Counted from the first letter of the stretch, positions 1-10,206 are shown. The stretch is 64,000 nucleotides of DNA from a virus (IMGVR_UViG_3300028195_000197:3248-67247), one strand, 5' to 3'. A program made the numbers and translations. Notes: generated by a model not told the origin, from the sequence alone.

Positions 1-345
1 AAGAGGGCCATTCTCTAAAGGAGTAATGACAAGATACTTAGAAGGTAACTCTTTCAGTTTCTCAATAAAGAATATTTGATGAGGAACATCTAAAGCAACT
101 ACAACTATATCAGGTTGCCAATCTAAAAAATGCAGATTATGAGCTATAGCATGAGCAGACTTAAAATCTTTAGCAGGAATGATAGAGAAGGGAAAATCAT
201 GTTCGCTTCCATCATTTCCTAACCCAATTGCCTTCACATCAAAACCCAATCCAACTAAGCCCTTCATCAAAGGCAAAGAAATGTACATGTATCCAGAGCC
301 TATAAAGGCTAAATCCGTAATAAATAAAATCTTTTTAGATGTCAT
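1..345 (-). CDS. Glycosyltransferase (GT-B/GT4-like), N-terminal part, runs off window
   Basis: Manually translated open frame MTSKKILFITDLAFIGSGY...WQPDIVVVALD; AAGGA RBS; not in ORF track. Confidence 0.65.
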   Translation of the reverse strand, partial: MTSKKILFITDLAFIGSGYMYISLPLMKGLVGLGFDVKAIGLGNDGSEHDFPFSIIPAKDFKSAHAIAHNLHFLDWQPDIVVVALDVPHQIFFIEKLKELPSKYLVITPLENGPL

Positions 346-541
346 TAATTATTTTCCTTAAATAAACAGAAACGTTATTTTCTTTAGCCCATCTTTTAGC
401 TTCTTCTAATCCAGAAGACCTCAAGACACGCCTTACTTTGTTCTTTTCTCTAGTATGCATATTCCTATAGCGAGTACATTTATCTTTATTGCGACCATGT
501 TTCTTATTTCCACCAGAACTAGATTTTTGTTTTTGCGGCAT
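335..541 (-). CDS. Small basic hypothetical protein
   Basis: K/R-rich 68 aa, AAGGA RBS, coupled to neighbours. Confidence 0.55.
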   Translation of the reverse strand: MPQKQKSSSGGNKKHGRNKDKCTRYRNMHTREKNKVRRVLRSSGLEEAKRWAKENNVSVYLRKIINDI

Positions 542-551
542 TTGTATCCTT

Positions 552-1601
552 TTATTTATAATGAATATTGAAAACTTTATCGTTCCAGATTTCTAAGATT
601 CTATCCAAAGCAAACCTTTCCTTTGCTAACTTCTGTACTTGCATAGCATTTTCTTTCAACTTATCTTGATTTCTAAGCGTAGCCACTACTGTATCTACAA
701 ACTCTCTATTCCATTCAGGAGAGTAAACATTTCCAGCAATTACAGTCCCCATGTTTGTAGTCCTTGTTGCCCCAACATCACTTGTAATAGGGTAACATCC
801 AGCCACTTGATTTTCAGCAGTAGCGATACCAAAAAGCTCATCATAAATAGATGGGTACAACTCCAATTGTGCTTCCAGTTGATGCCTAATAAGTTCATCT
901 CTCTTTACCGCACCAAGATACGTTACTCCAGGAAGCCTAGCAAACGTAGTCTTGAATTGCTGTGTAGCAGTAGGGTCTGCCCATTCACTCCATAATCTCC
1001 AATCAGACGTAATCACCAAAGATGCTTCTGGAACATCTCTAACGATTTCTGCCCATGCAGCATGTAACTGCATTACACCTCTATCAGGCATATGATTGAA
1101 GATACAACGATAAGGAACTTTCTCTACTTCATTTTCTTCATACTCCCATATACGAATTGGAATGTCTATGGTAATAGTGTCCTGAATGCCATAAATATCT
1201 CTAAAATAATCAGCATGACGTTCTGAGATAGTAACAATCTTATCTACTTTTTGAGCAAACTTTCCAAAGTCTCCCTTTGTATGTTGGTCACAAGACACCC
1301 AAACTTTCAATCCTACTGTATCGGGAGTAAGTCTATCGTTAGGAGAACGCCACACAATTACAACATCTCTTTCATCTTCTGGAACAAAAGCATCTACTGG
1401 AAGTTGATTGAATACAGAACTATTAGGATACTTAGGACTGTTATAAAGAGTTACTTCATGTCCAGCTTCATGCCAAGCTCTACAAATCGTGAGAAGGAAT
1501 AGCTCCGCGCCTCCTACGCCCATACGACCATCTTCACCAGAAATACTTTTCTCTGATACTTCAAGAGGGCTGCCATCATTGCAAAGCAAGTCAATTTTCA
1601 T
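552..1601 (-). CDS. GT4-family glycosyltransferase
   Basis: GGAE N-terminal motif; YPSIYDELFGIATAENQVAG (ExFG...E) C-terminal motif. Confidence 0.88.
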   Translation of the reverse strand: MKIDLLCNDGSPLEVSEKSISGEDGRMGVGGAELFLLTICRAWHEAGHEVTLYNSPKYPNSSVFNQLPVDAFVPEDERDVVIVWRSPNDRLTPDTVGLKVWVSCDQHTKGDFGKFAQKVDKIVTISERHADYFRDIYGIQDTITIDIPIRIWEYEENEVEKVPYRCIFNHMPDRGVMQLHAAWAEIVRDVPEASLVITSDWRLWSEWADPTATQQFKTTFARLPGVTYLGAVKRDELIRHQLEAQLELYPSIYDELFGIATAENQVAGCYPITSDVGATRTTNMGTVIAGNVYSPEWNREFVDTVVATLRNQDKLKENAMQVQKLAKERFALDRILEIWNDKVFNIHYK

Positions 1602-1821
1602 TTTTCTTCTCCGCTAGTCTGAATTCTTTACACGTAAATACTCCATCCACTACTGGACAGCTAGTGCATTGAGACACCCAAAATTTTTGGATACCATTCC
1701 AATCTACAACAAACCCATGCTCATGTAGTTTATGCCCACACTCACAGACAGCATTGAAAATAGCCAATTCCGCTTCATCCTTACCATCTGCATAATCGTC
1801 AAAAATACTAAATTTTATCAT
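1591..1821 (-). CDS. Small Cys/His-rich (Zn-binding) protein
   Basis: CECGH..H, CxxC, C. Confidence 0.5.
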   Translation of the reverse strand: MIKFSIFDDYADGKDEAELAIFNAVCECGHKLHEHGFVVDWNGIQKFWVSQCTSCPVVDGVFTCKEFRLAEKKNEN

Positions 1822-2546
1822 AGCGTATACCCTAATTTTCTTATTGTCGCTCCTAACTGTTCCGCCGCCTGTTTCTTGTGTTCGTCAGTAAACACATCTT
1901 TCCATTCCCCAGGAACGCCCCTTCTAAAAGTAGGGTTTCCGTGTCTCGGTTTTAGATGTTCAAAATTCCAAGCTGTATTTATCGTTATTTCAGGAGCAAG
2001 GAACTCTTTTATCTTTTCTAACGTCTCTATTCCGTTCAATCTCAAATCTTCATATTTTACAGTATAAACAAAATCGTGCTTCATCCACCCTAGCCAATTT
2101 AGCCATCTACAAGATGCAAATTCTATTAGGTATTTTATGGGGTCTCCAGAACCATATACTGTTCTACTATCCTTCATGCGGAAGTTCCAAAGAGCGTGAT
2201 CTGAATTTCCCCTGCTAAACAGCTTCATCATATTGTAATACTCAGAAACTATAATGTCTCTAGGGTCTCTAATATTAAAAAGAACTTTAGTAGGCTTCTT
2301 TTGTATAGCTACTGCATATTCTGGCAGGTAAGATACGTGACCAAATTTTCCTTTATAAAATTCTTCTAGCGCATTTACTGTTACCAGTATACCGTCCTTA
2401 TCTATGGTATTCTCCAATCCAACGTAATCTGGAAGATTATGAGTCCCATTATGACTTCTGTCTACAATATCCGCCGTAATTCCAAAAGCGGGCATAATTT
2501 GATGAGTTCCTGACTTTTGATATGATGTAATAAACAATCTAGCCAT
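1818..2546 (-). CDS. PAPS-dependent sulfotransferase
   Basis: 5'-PSB YQKSGTH, 3'-PB RDPRD..VS, YEDL, RRG..GEWK; start moved to MARLFITS. Confidence 0.88.
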   Translation of the reverse strand: MARLFITSYQKSGTHQIMPAFGITADIVDRSHNGTHNLPDYVGLENTIDKDGILVTVNALEEFYKGKFGHVSYLPEYAVAIQKKPTKVLFNIRDPRDIIVSEYYNMMKLFSRGNSDHALWNFRMKDSRTVYGSGDPIKYLIEFASCRWLNWLGWMKHDFVYTVKYEDLRLNGIETLEKIKEFLAPEITINTAWNFEHLKPRHGNPTFRRGVPGEWKDVFTDEHKKQAAEQLGATIRKLGYTL

Positions 2547-2547
2547 G

Positions 2548-3264
2548 TTATTCCTTTGCCCAAGGAGGAAGCCTTTTCGGTTTTCCTGCAAAATTAAATG
2601 GGTGACTTGTCTTTATCCCAACGGAATTATACCACTTCACCTTATCATCTATAGTATCTGGATGCCACGACTTGTGAAGAAGAGCCATAGGCACTTTAAG
2701 TTCTTCATAGTCTGACGATATTCCTCTATAAGTAGCATGATGCTTTTGCTCATCTGCGTATATGTCTAGTTCATCAGGTCGCCATGCCCATAAAGCCAAA
2801 TAATCCTTATCAAAATCTCTATTCATATAAGGGAAGAACTCTCTATCTCCCCACATATATAACCTAAAAGCATTGACTTGAGATTTACTTGTATGTTCCA
2901 GTACCTTCCTAGCATTTCTTCTCAATGTATAAGTAGGAACATCGTCCATATCATCCAATATTAGCCAATCTGGAGATAGTTTCTTCGCTTTTTCTAGCAC
3001 AAAATTTATGTGAGGATTATCTGGATTCCACGAACATCCAGTTGGAAACTTTTCCACGACATCATAATTATGTATAATAACTTTCTTATTCTTGGATAAC
3101 AGGTTCAAAGAATCATCTGTACTTCCACCATCTGAAACTACAATAGAATCTGCAAAGTCGTATCCGTGCAAAAATCTTTCTATATTCTTCTCTTCGTTTA
3201 GACATCTAACAGCCACCACAATATTGACAGATTTTTTCATGCTAATATCTTTTAGCCTTTTCAC
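2548..3264 (-). CDS. GT2-family glycosyltransferase
   Basis: LNEE..I, DGGSTD, DxD-like LDDMDD. Confidence 0.85.
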   Translation of the reverse strand: MKRLKDISMKKSVNIVVAVRCLNEEKNIERFLHGYDFADSIVVSDGGSTDDSLNLLSKNKKVIIHNYDVVEKFPTGCSWNPDNPHINFVLEKAKKLSPDWLILDDMDDVPTYTLRRNARKVLEHTSKSQVNAFRLYMWGDREFFPYMNRDFDKDYLALWAWRPDELDIYADEQKHHATYRGISSDYEELKVPMALLHKSWHPDTIDDKVKWYNSVGIKTSHPFNFAGKPKRLPPWAKE

Positions 3265-3823
3265 ACATAAACCAAAACTCTTGGTTAGTATTCTTTCTCC
3301 ATATCACATTCCATCCAGAACGCTTCAATAAGAAATTCCACTGATCTTCTTCCAATACAGAATAATGTCCCTGCCCTACACGCCCCCAATAGGCGGGGTT
3401 TGGAAGAACAAGGCATAGGAAGTGTGCTGATACCCTGTACCACTCCATTAGGGTAAGCAGTGGGGCAGGACTATGCTCAAGGGAATGACGAGAGAAGATA
3501 AGTCCAAAGGATTCATCTGCAAACTCTTCTAAGAAACTAAAGTCTCCGTTGATAACATTCTTTCCTAAACCTTTTAATTTCTCTACATCCATTCCGTTTG
3601 AGATACCAGTGTATTCAATGCCTAATTTCTTGAAAAATCCTTCTGCAATAGCAGCATCTCCGCACCCAACATCAAGGACAGTTTTTACACCCTTTAACCC
3701 GCTTATCCATTCTGTCATAATGCCTCGCATAAGCGCAGTATGTCCTTTATCAGGAGGAGATGGGTAGTCATCTTTTATAAGTTCGTTTAAAAAGATGTTC
3801 CAATTCCTGAAATCTCTCAGCAT
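3242..3823 (-). CDS. Class I SAM-dependent methyltransferase (probably sugar O-methyltransferase)
   Basis: VLDVGCG, SRHSLEH; glycan-cluster context. Confidence 0.8.
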   Translation of the reverse strand: MLRDFRNWNIFLNELIKDDYPSPPDKGHTALMRGIMTEWISGLKGVKTVLDVGCGDAAIAEGFFKKLGIEYTGISNGMDVEKLKGLGKNVINGDFSFLEEFADESFGLIFSRHSLEHSPAPLLTLMEWYRVSAHFLCLVLPNPAYWGRVGQGHYSVLEEDQWNFLLKRSGWNVIWRKNTNQEFWFMCEKAKRY

Positions 3824-5160
3824 CCTTCTCTCCCTTCTAAGAATTCTCTAAACACAGAAATAATATAGTCCATGATTTCAGGTGTCATGCTTGGATGTAA
3901 TCCTATCCAGAAAGTCATTTCTGTTACAATATCGCTATTGTAGAGTTTATCTTGAACTAAATATTCAATATCTCTATAGGCTGGCTGTCTTAATAAGTTA
4001 CTTCCAAAAAGAAGCCTTGTTCCAACTTTATTCTTATCCAGATGAGCTATAAGTTCTGCTCTTGTGAAGTTACAGGCATAAGATTTTATTGTGATAGGAA
4101 AACCAAACCAGGAAGGTTCACTATCTAAAGCAGGTCTAGGAAGGATGAACCAATTCTCAAACTCTTGCATCTTCTCAAACAAATAAATAAAATTATACCT
4201 ACGCGCCTCAACTATTTCATCCAACCTATCTATTTGTGAAGACAGAAGAGATGCCTGTAAGTCTGTCATTTTTAAGTTGTAGCCTAAACGAGTGTAAACA
4301 TATTTATGGTCATATCCTTCTGGCAAACCTTCAAATTTATGTTCAAAGCGTTTCCCACAAGCAGCATCCTGTCCAGTAGCACAGAAACAATCTCTACCCC
4401 AATCTCTAAGAGATTTCACAACCTTAGAAATCATAAAACTATTTGTAAGAACTGCCCCACCTTCACCACCAGAAATATGATGAGCGGGATAATAAGAATG
4501 GGTAGAAATATCTCCGTAGGATTCCACAGGCTTTTCTTGAAAAGTGCTACCTAAAGAGTCACAGCAATCCGACATCATAAATATATTATATTCTCTACAA
4601 AGGTCTTCAATAGCTTCTGCATCAAATACATTACCCATTGTATGAGCAAGAATAACTGCTTTTGTTTTTCCTTCTACAATCGCTTCTGCTATATCTTCAA
4701 CATCAGGAACATAAGTACCTAAAGCTACATCTACAAATACAGGAATAGCTCCTGCTTGAATAATGGCATTTACGGTAGTGGGGAAATTTACAGCAGTGGT
4801 TATGACTTCATCTCCAGGCTTTATTCTTCTTTCACCAAACTCAGGAGCGGTCATAGCCATAATAGCAAGAAGATTTGCACTACTGCCACTATTACACAGT
4901 GTAATATATTTAGAAGAATTTCTAAGATAGCTCTTTAGTTTTCGTGTATATTCTCTAGCGTATTTCCCTTCTGTATACCACTTATCTAAAGCACACTCCA
5001 CCAAAGATGCTACATCAGCACCATTCCAAACATCTCCACCATTATACATAGCTCCATGTGTAGGAATGAAAGTTTCTCCAGGAATAAATTCATTATGCGT
5101 TCCTGAAACTAAATGTTTTACGGCTGCTACAATTGCACTCTTCCCAAGTTTATTTAGCAT
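3817..5160 (-). CDS. rfbH: CDP-4-keto-6-deoxyglucose-3-dehydrase (E1, RfbH/DdhC family)
   Basis: NSGSSANL, DCCDSLGS, YPAHHISGGEGG (His in place of Lys), WGRDCFC...C, YDHKY, GYNLK. Confidence 0.9.
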   Translation of the reverse strand: MLNKLGKSAIVAAVKHLVSGTHNEFIPGETFIPTHGAMYNGGDVWNGADVASLVECALDKWYTEGKYAREYTRKLKSYLRNSSKYITLCNSGSSANLLAIMAMTAPEFGERRIKPGDEVITTAVNFPTTVNAIIQAGAIPVFVDVALGTYVPDVEDIAEAIVEGKTKAVILAHTMGNVFDAEAIEDLCREYNIFMMSDCCDSLGSTFQEKPVESYGDISTHSYYPAHHISGGEGGAVLTNSFMISKVVKSLRDWGRDCFCATGQDAACGKRFEHKFEGLPEGYDHKYVYTRLGYNLKMTDLQASLLSSQIDRLDEIVEARRYNFIYLFEKMQEFENWFILPRPALDSEPSWFGFPITIKSYACNFTRAELIAHLDKNKVGTRLLFGSNLLRQPAYRDIEYLVQDKLYNSDIVTEMTFWIGLHPSMTPEIMDYIISVFREFLEGREGC

Positions 5161-5989
5161 GTTTTATTATATCTTCTATTGTATCTTGTAATGAATATTG
5201 CTGAACAAATCCCATAGATTTTAGTTTTGACACATCCAAAACCATATTATCTGTTTGAACATCTTTATGAAATTTTGGAATGGGTATTAGCTCTAATAAA
5301 TTTATTCCTCGTACTTCACAATGAACATCTTCTATTATTTCTTTCACTATCCGACCATTTCCAGAACCTATGTTTATAATCTCCCCTGATTCTGATGTCA
5401 TAGCGATTTTTATTGCTCTTACAACATCTCTAACATCCATATAATCTCTATAGCACTCTGTATCATATAAATAATCTACTTTTCTCCCCTTTACCAATTC
5501 CGTAATCATATACTGGAGAGCGTTTTTCTTCCTGTCTGCTTTTTCATCTACTCCACCAATCACATTACAAAGTCTCAGAATTCTGTATTTCATATTGTAA
5601 GTTTTGCAGTAACTAGCTAATAACATCTCAGCAGCATATTTTGTGACAGAATAGAATCCCGTAGGATTACAGCAAGCAGTTTCTTTTACAGGAACAAAGT
5701 CCTGTCGTCCATAAACGAACCAACTAGACAAAAACGTAATGTCTGATTTCTCTCCGTGTATCCGTCTCATATTCTCAAGGAATGTAACAAGAGTAGTTAA
5801 ATTAGTATCAATATCCAAGTAAGGTTTTTTCTTTACATGATAATTGTGAACTGTGCTAATCCCATACAAGACTTTTGGTGTTCTGGAAGCATAATCGAAT
5901 TTGTCCTGAATAATTACGTCATCCTCAAACTGACGAACAAATTCTTTTCCTATATAACCATTTCCAAAGAGACTAATTTTTGAATTCAT
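5150..5989 (-). CDS. NAD-dependent sugar epimerase/reductase (extended SDR)
   Basis: GNGYIG, SSWFVYG, YSVTK (YxxxK), RDYMDV.D. Confidence 0.82.
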   Translation of the reverse strand: MNSKISLFGNGYIGKEFVRQFEDDVIIQDKFDYASRTPKVLYGISTVHNYHVKKKPYLDIDTNLTTLVTFLENMRRIHGEKSDITFLSSWFVYGRQDFVPVKETACCNPTGFYSVTKYAAEMLLASYCKTYNMKYRILRLCNVIGGVDEKADRKKNALQYMITELVKGRKVDYLYDTECYRDYMDVRDVVRAIKIAMTSESGEIINIGSGNGRIVKEIIEDVHCEVRGINLLELIPIPKFHKDVQTDNMVLDVSKLKSMGFVQQYSLQDTIEDIIKHAK

Positions 5990-6905
5990 TTTGATACCAT
6001 TTCACAGTTTTCTCTAATCCTTCTTGTAAGGATGTGCTAGGTGTCCAACCAAGGACTTCTTTTACACGATCACAATTAACATGCTGATTAGGAATTTCTC
6101 CTCTTAGTTGGTGTTCAAAATTTATAAATAAATCATTCCTTACAAGACTTATAATCATCTTTACAATATCCCCCACAGAAGTAGCACATTCTGCACCAAA
6201 ATTGAATACATTATAATCCTTCTCGTACCCATATTCAGCAGCAAGTGCATATCCATCTACAATATCCTTCACATAGACGTAATCTCTTAGATTTGTACCG
6301 TCTCCTCTAATAACGGGGTTCTTTCCATCTACCAACCTTTTTACTGTTCTAGGAACAATTCTCTCTAAGTGGGGGTCACCTTCACCATACACATTAGCAT
6401 TTCTGATAATGGTTGTAGGAACATTAAAGAATCTGGCATACATAGTTGCCAGGTTATCTCCACATAATTTAGACACGTTGTAGGGATGGTCTAATCCTAA
6501 CAAATCACTTGTATCTTCTATGAAAGGGGTGTCCCCATAAACTTTATCTGTAGAGATATGTACATAACCACCTACTCCAATCTTATTCAGGACAGAGAGA
6601 AGATTGTAAGTCCCTCGTATATTCACATCTAATGTCTCATACTCCATCTCTCCAGCAATTCCTACAATGGGCTGTGCCGCTAAATGGAATACGATGTCTG
6701 GTTTCAGGTCTTCCAATGCGTCAGAGAAGGATTCTAAATCAAGCAAATCTCCAAACAATTTCCAAGTATTAGGACGTTTAGATTCTTTTATGTGAATAAA
6801 CTCAGTGACTTCTGCTCCAGAGTTTAATAGCTTAGTGACTAAATGATTACCGATAAACCCTGTAGCTCCAGTAACTAGCACTTTTTTATCTTTCCAGAAA
6901 GTCAT
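5973..6905 (-). CDS. NDP-glucose 4,6-dehydratase (RfbG-like SDR)
   Basis: FWKDKKVLVTGATGFIG, HLAAQP, STDKVYG, YNVSK. Confidence 0.85.
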   Translation of the reverse strand: MTFWKDKKVLVTGATGFIGNHLVTKLLNSGAEVTEFIHIKESKRPNTWKLFGDLLDLESFSDALEDLKPDIVFHLAAQPIVGIAGEMEYETLDVNIRGTYNLLSVLNKIGVGGYVHISTDKVYGDTPFIEDTSDLLGLDHPYNVSKLCGDNLATMYARFFNVPTTIIRNANVYGEGDPHLERIVPRTVKRLVDGKNPVIRGDGTNLRDYVYVKDIVDGYALAAEYGYEKDYNVFNFGAECATSVGDIVKMIISLVRNDLFINFEHQLRGEIPNQHVNCDRVKEVLGWTPSTSLQEGLEKTVKWYQNEFKN

Positions 6906-6909
6906 AATA

Positions 6910-7287
6910 TTACCTATTCACTGGTTGATGTTTGTTATTATCAGTATGATGTTTACAAACAAGTAAAGCTCCTTGTGAACTACCATGCTGCTTATAGGCA
7001 TCGTAATTTACTACTACAGCAGGAGAGCCACACGTACAAAACAATACCCATCCTAACTTTCTGGCATCTCTATAAACGAAATGATTATCATAAGGAGTAC
7101 ATTTCACTTTACCAATTGAAGGAATGAATACATGTTCTTGCCTAACAAATTCCTTTCCGTCAGATGTAACTCTATTCAAATCTCCACGATGATGTATTAT
7201 ATTAGGAGGCTTTGCTGTTTTCATAGCAACTTCAATTGGTGATAGGTCTGTAGATGCCTTGGGAGAACCACCATTATTTTTACTCAT
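6910..7287 (-). CDS. Hypothetical protein with CxCG...CxxH
   Basis: Coupled ORF in operon. Confidence 0.55.
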   Translation of the reverse strand: MSKNNGGSPKASTDLSPIEVAMKTAKPPNIIHHRGDLNRVTSDGKEFVRQEHVFIPSIGKVKCTPYDNHFVYRDARKLGWVLFCTCGSPAVVVNYDAYKQHGSSQGALLVCKHHTDNNKHQPVNR

Positions 7288-8236
7288 CCAATCTAAACTC
7301 CTTCAACACTTTACTAACAAGTGCATCATAGGTAAAATCTTCCATGTTAACTTTATTATATGCAGCAAGAGCAATCTCTTCTGCTTCGTGTGGACTATTC
7401 AATGCCCACTGCACTCTAAGAACTGCTTCATCTAAATTATCAAATCCTAAATAATGATGACCTTCTTTGAAGCCGAATCTTTCTAAATCATCGCACCTAT
7501 CAATGATGGGGCAGAGTTTCATTGCCATCAATTCAAATACACGAGCGTTCAAATCCCCCAAAGATGACCAATTCAATCCCAATTTCGCTCGATTATTCAG
7601 TTCTCGATATTCATCAAATATTGGCCCATTCTCAAATAGAACAGAAACACCTAATGAACGTAACTTGTTTACCCAATCAACTCTTTGCTGGTAAGGCATA
7701 CCAATAAGAACAGCGTCAGTATCCTTTTCAATCTCTGTCATAGGATAATGCACATCAGGGTCAAACGCATAATGCAGTAAAACATCATCACCTTGAGCGT
7801 ATTTGGGATGCATATTAAAAAATTTGTCAGATATGTTTCTGGAGTGAGTATAGTCAAGACAATGCCCATCCGTACCTACCGAAGCAACAAATCCATCAGT
7901 AGGTTTATCTACAAAATCTGCCCCTGCATTGATAGTGATTACCAAATCTGGAATCCATGAACCTAGTTGCGCTTTTACCAGCGCATAAGGAACACGAACA
8001 TTTGGCTTAAATGGAGTTACAATTGTAGGAGGCTTTGCGTATTTTTCTAATACACTCATCCCACCCAGCCAAGGAATCCAACTGCCAGTATATGCTCCAC
8101 AGTTTTTGAAGTCTATGTTAGGATTTCTCTTGAAAGCGTTTTCCCAGTATCGAGACATTGAAAGTGGATACCAATCTGATAAGCACAATACCTTTATTTT
8201 TTCTTTCGGAATTCCGTGCATCATTTTGTCGCCCAT
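7280..8236 (-). CDS. Glycosyltransferase (CgeB-like GT-B)
   Basis: LNARVFELMA, F..G.HY..F, EEIA..AY signature. Confidence 0.8.
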   Translation of the reverse strand: MGDKMMHGIPKEKIKVLCLSDWYPLSMSRYWENAFKRNPNIDFKNCGAYTGSWIPWLGGMSVLEKYAKPPTIVTPFKPNVRVPYALVKAQLGSWIPDLVITINAGADFVDKPTDGFVASVGTDGHCLDYTHSRNISDKFFNMHPKYAQGDDVLLHYAFDPDVHYPMTEIEKDTDAVLIGMPYQQRVDWVNKLRSLGVSVLFENGPIFDEYRELNNRAKLGLNWSSLGDLNARVFELMAMKLCPIIDRCDDLERFGFKEGHHYLGFDNLDEAVLRVQWALNSPHEAEEIALAAYNKVNMEDFTYDALVSKVLKEFRLDE

Positions 8237-8892
8237 TTTTCTCTAAACTTTTCCTGATTTATTCTTGTACCTTTCTGTCTATCTTCCCCATATCCTATAG
8301 TCTTGCCTCCAAGGTGCATCACAACTTCTGGAGAGAGTGACCATAGATCGTAACCCTTTTCTAAAGCTGTTGTAGAAATATCTACATCTTCAAAATCGTT
8401 AGGAGCATATCTAGTATCAAAATATCCTAATTCTTCCCAACCTTCTTTAGTAGTTGCCAGAACAAATCCTTCTGCATAAGGGAATACTTTACCATCAAAC
8501 TCATTCCATCCAGTAGTCTCAGTATATATTTTTCCACTGATTAATGTTTTTGGACATTTTTCTAATCTCTTTTCAATTTCTTCAAAGAAACCTTTGTAAA
8601 CCCTAACATCCGTTGATGCTAAAATAACCACATCTCCAGACGCTTCTTTTAGCCCCTTATTAGAAGTTAGAAGAAATCCCAAATTTTTTTCGTTGTGGAT
8701 GACAGAAATATTCAACATACCACTTCCTAACCACCAAAAAATACCGCCCCTAAATCCATCTTCTGTACTTTTGTCATCTACAATAATTATATCTAAAGTA
8801 TCTTTACTTCCTTTAGTATTATATATATCAAACAAAAGTTGATGAAGTAGTGCCCAATTGTTATAAGCAGGAATGACTACAGTAGTTTTCAC
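8221..8892 (-). CDS. GT2-family glycosyltransferase
   Basis: VVIPAYN, VDDKSTE, NLGF, FEDVD. Confidence 0.88.
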   Translation of the reverse strand: MKTTVVIPAYNNWALLHQLLFDIYNTKGSKDTLDIIIVDDKSTEDGFRGGIFWWLGSGMLNISVIHNEKNLGFLLTSNKGLKEASGDVVILASTDVRVYKGFFEEIEKRLEKCPKTLISGKIYTETTGWNEFDGKVFPYAEGFVLATTKEGWEELGYFDTRYAPNDFEDVDISTTALEKGYDLWSLSPEVVMHLGGKTIGYGEDRQKGTRINQEKFREKWATK

Positions 8893-9701
8893 AGCAACTC
8901 CAATCCATCTCTATAAGAATACTGAGGCAATCCAAGTTTAGCAGAAAGAGATACGTCTAAACCTGCTTTATGTGGTCTAGGAGCAAATTCTTTCTTGTCT
9001 TTTCTGTGAGTGGATGATGTAGGCAAAAGACTTCCGCAATCAAGAAAATGTCTTGCCATAAAGTCCACCCAACTTACAGTCTGGCTTCCAGAAATATGCA
9101 GTATTTTTGGCATCTTCTCTATATTATCAACATAATACAAAAGACTCTCAACAAAATGCTCTATGTGCATAAATGAGCGATACATGAAAGTAGGATAGGA
9201 TTCTTGTAATGGATAAATTCTGTCTGTGTCAAATAAATAGCTAGTGCGAACAACTTTCATGTTGTCGTACTCACCAGCCATATACTCACCAGATAATTTA
9301 GTTCTACCATATTGGTTTACAGGAACACGCCTATAGTAGTCTTCTTTATATGGCCCTTTCTTTATCCATCTTTTCAAAGGAAAATCAAAGTAACTTTTAC
9401 CGCTAAACACATGATCGGTTGATAAAATGATTGTTGGGATACCCAGTTTACTGGTTACTTCTCCAAGATTGAATATCCCCATAACATTTACGTTGAACAT
9501 ATCTTTGAAATTCTTGTCGTCCTCACACCATTCAGGAGATGACTTAGAAGCAAGAGAGACGACCACATCACACTTACATGATGTAATCGCCTTCTCTACA
9601 CTTTTTTCGTTTCTAATGTCACAGTCTAAAGGAACATATCCTTCTTGTTTCAATAACTCTGTGCCAACCCTACCAGTATGCCCAATAACTGCTATTTTCA
9701 T
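8889..9701 (-). CDS. dTDP-4-dehydrorhamnose reductase-like SDR (RmlD-like)
   Basis: GHTGRVG, STDHVFSG, PVNQYGRTK. Confidence 0.82.
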   Translation of the reverse strand: MKIAVIGHTGRVGTELLKQEGYVPLDCDIRNEKSVEKAITSCKCDVVVSLASKSSPEWCEDDKNFKDMFNVNVMGIFNLGEVTSKLGIPTIILSTDHVFSGKSYFDFPLKRWIKKGPYKEDYYRRVPVNQYGRTKLSGEYMAGEYDNMKVVRTSYLFDTDRIYPLQESYPTFMYRSFMHIEHFVESLLYYVDNIEKMPKILHISGSQTVSWVDFMARHFLDCGSLLPTSSTHRKDKKEFAPRPHKAGLDVSLSAKLGLPQYSYRDGLELL

Positions 9702-9723
9702 TTTATCTTCTCTTTATATTAGT

Positions 9724-9924
9724 TTACCCTTTTGCGGCAGAAAGACTAACCGCCTTATTTGTCTTAAACCGCAAGGCTGCCACAATAATGGCTATACCAA
9801 TACCTACCCATTCAGACACATCTGCTCCAGGGGTGTAATCCGCATATCCGAACAATCCCGCTACTTGTAATAGCGCGTATAAAATAGAAAACCAAAGAGT
9901 TTTACTCTCATTCCAACTTTTCAT
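9724..9924 (-). CDS. Holin-like 2-TM protein
   Basis: KSW.ESKT.W, two hydrophobic helices, LR..T basic tail. Confidence 0.65.
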   Translation of the reverse strand: MKSWNESKTLWFSILYALLQVAGLFGYADYTPGADVSEWVGIGIAIIVAALRFKTNKAVSLSAAKG

Positions 9925-10166
9925 TACATTGCTCCCGTTTCATGTAAATTTACATTAGTTTGCGATGCTAAAAAGAAACGCTTTTTACGTTTCCCGCAGC
10001 ACGCTTTCGTATCAATTGCCAATATTTTGCCTAAATCACCTTCCTTTACCCATCCCAATGAAACATGATTTCTAGGTGTCCAGATATACACAGTTTCCCC
10101 CACTTTCACGCTATGTCCGTTTTCATTATAATGTTGCGTAGCTACATAACCATCTCTTTTCACCAT
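9924..10166 (-). CDS. Hypothetical CCG-motif protein, probably leaderless
   Basis: TG-G-TATACT then 6 nt then ATG at 10166; resembles 59099..59392. Confidence 0.55.
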   Translation of the reverse strand: MVKRDGYVATQHYNENGHSVKVGETVYIWTPRNHVSLGWVKEGDLGKILAIDTKACCGKRKKRFFLASQTNVNLHETGAM

Positions 10167-10206
10167 AAAGACAGTATACCACAAAATTACTCTGAAGTAT
10201 AAGAAT

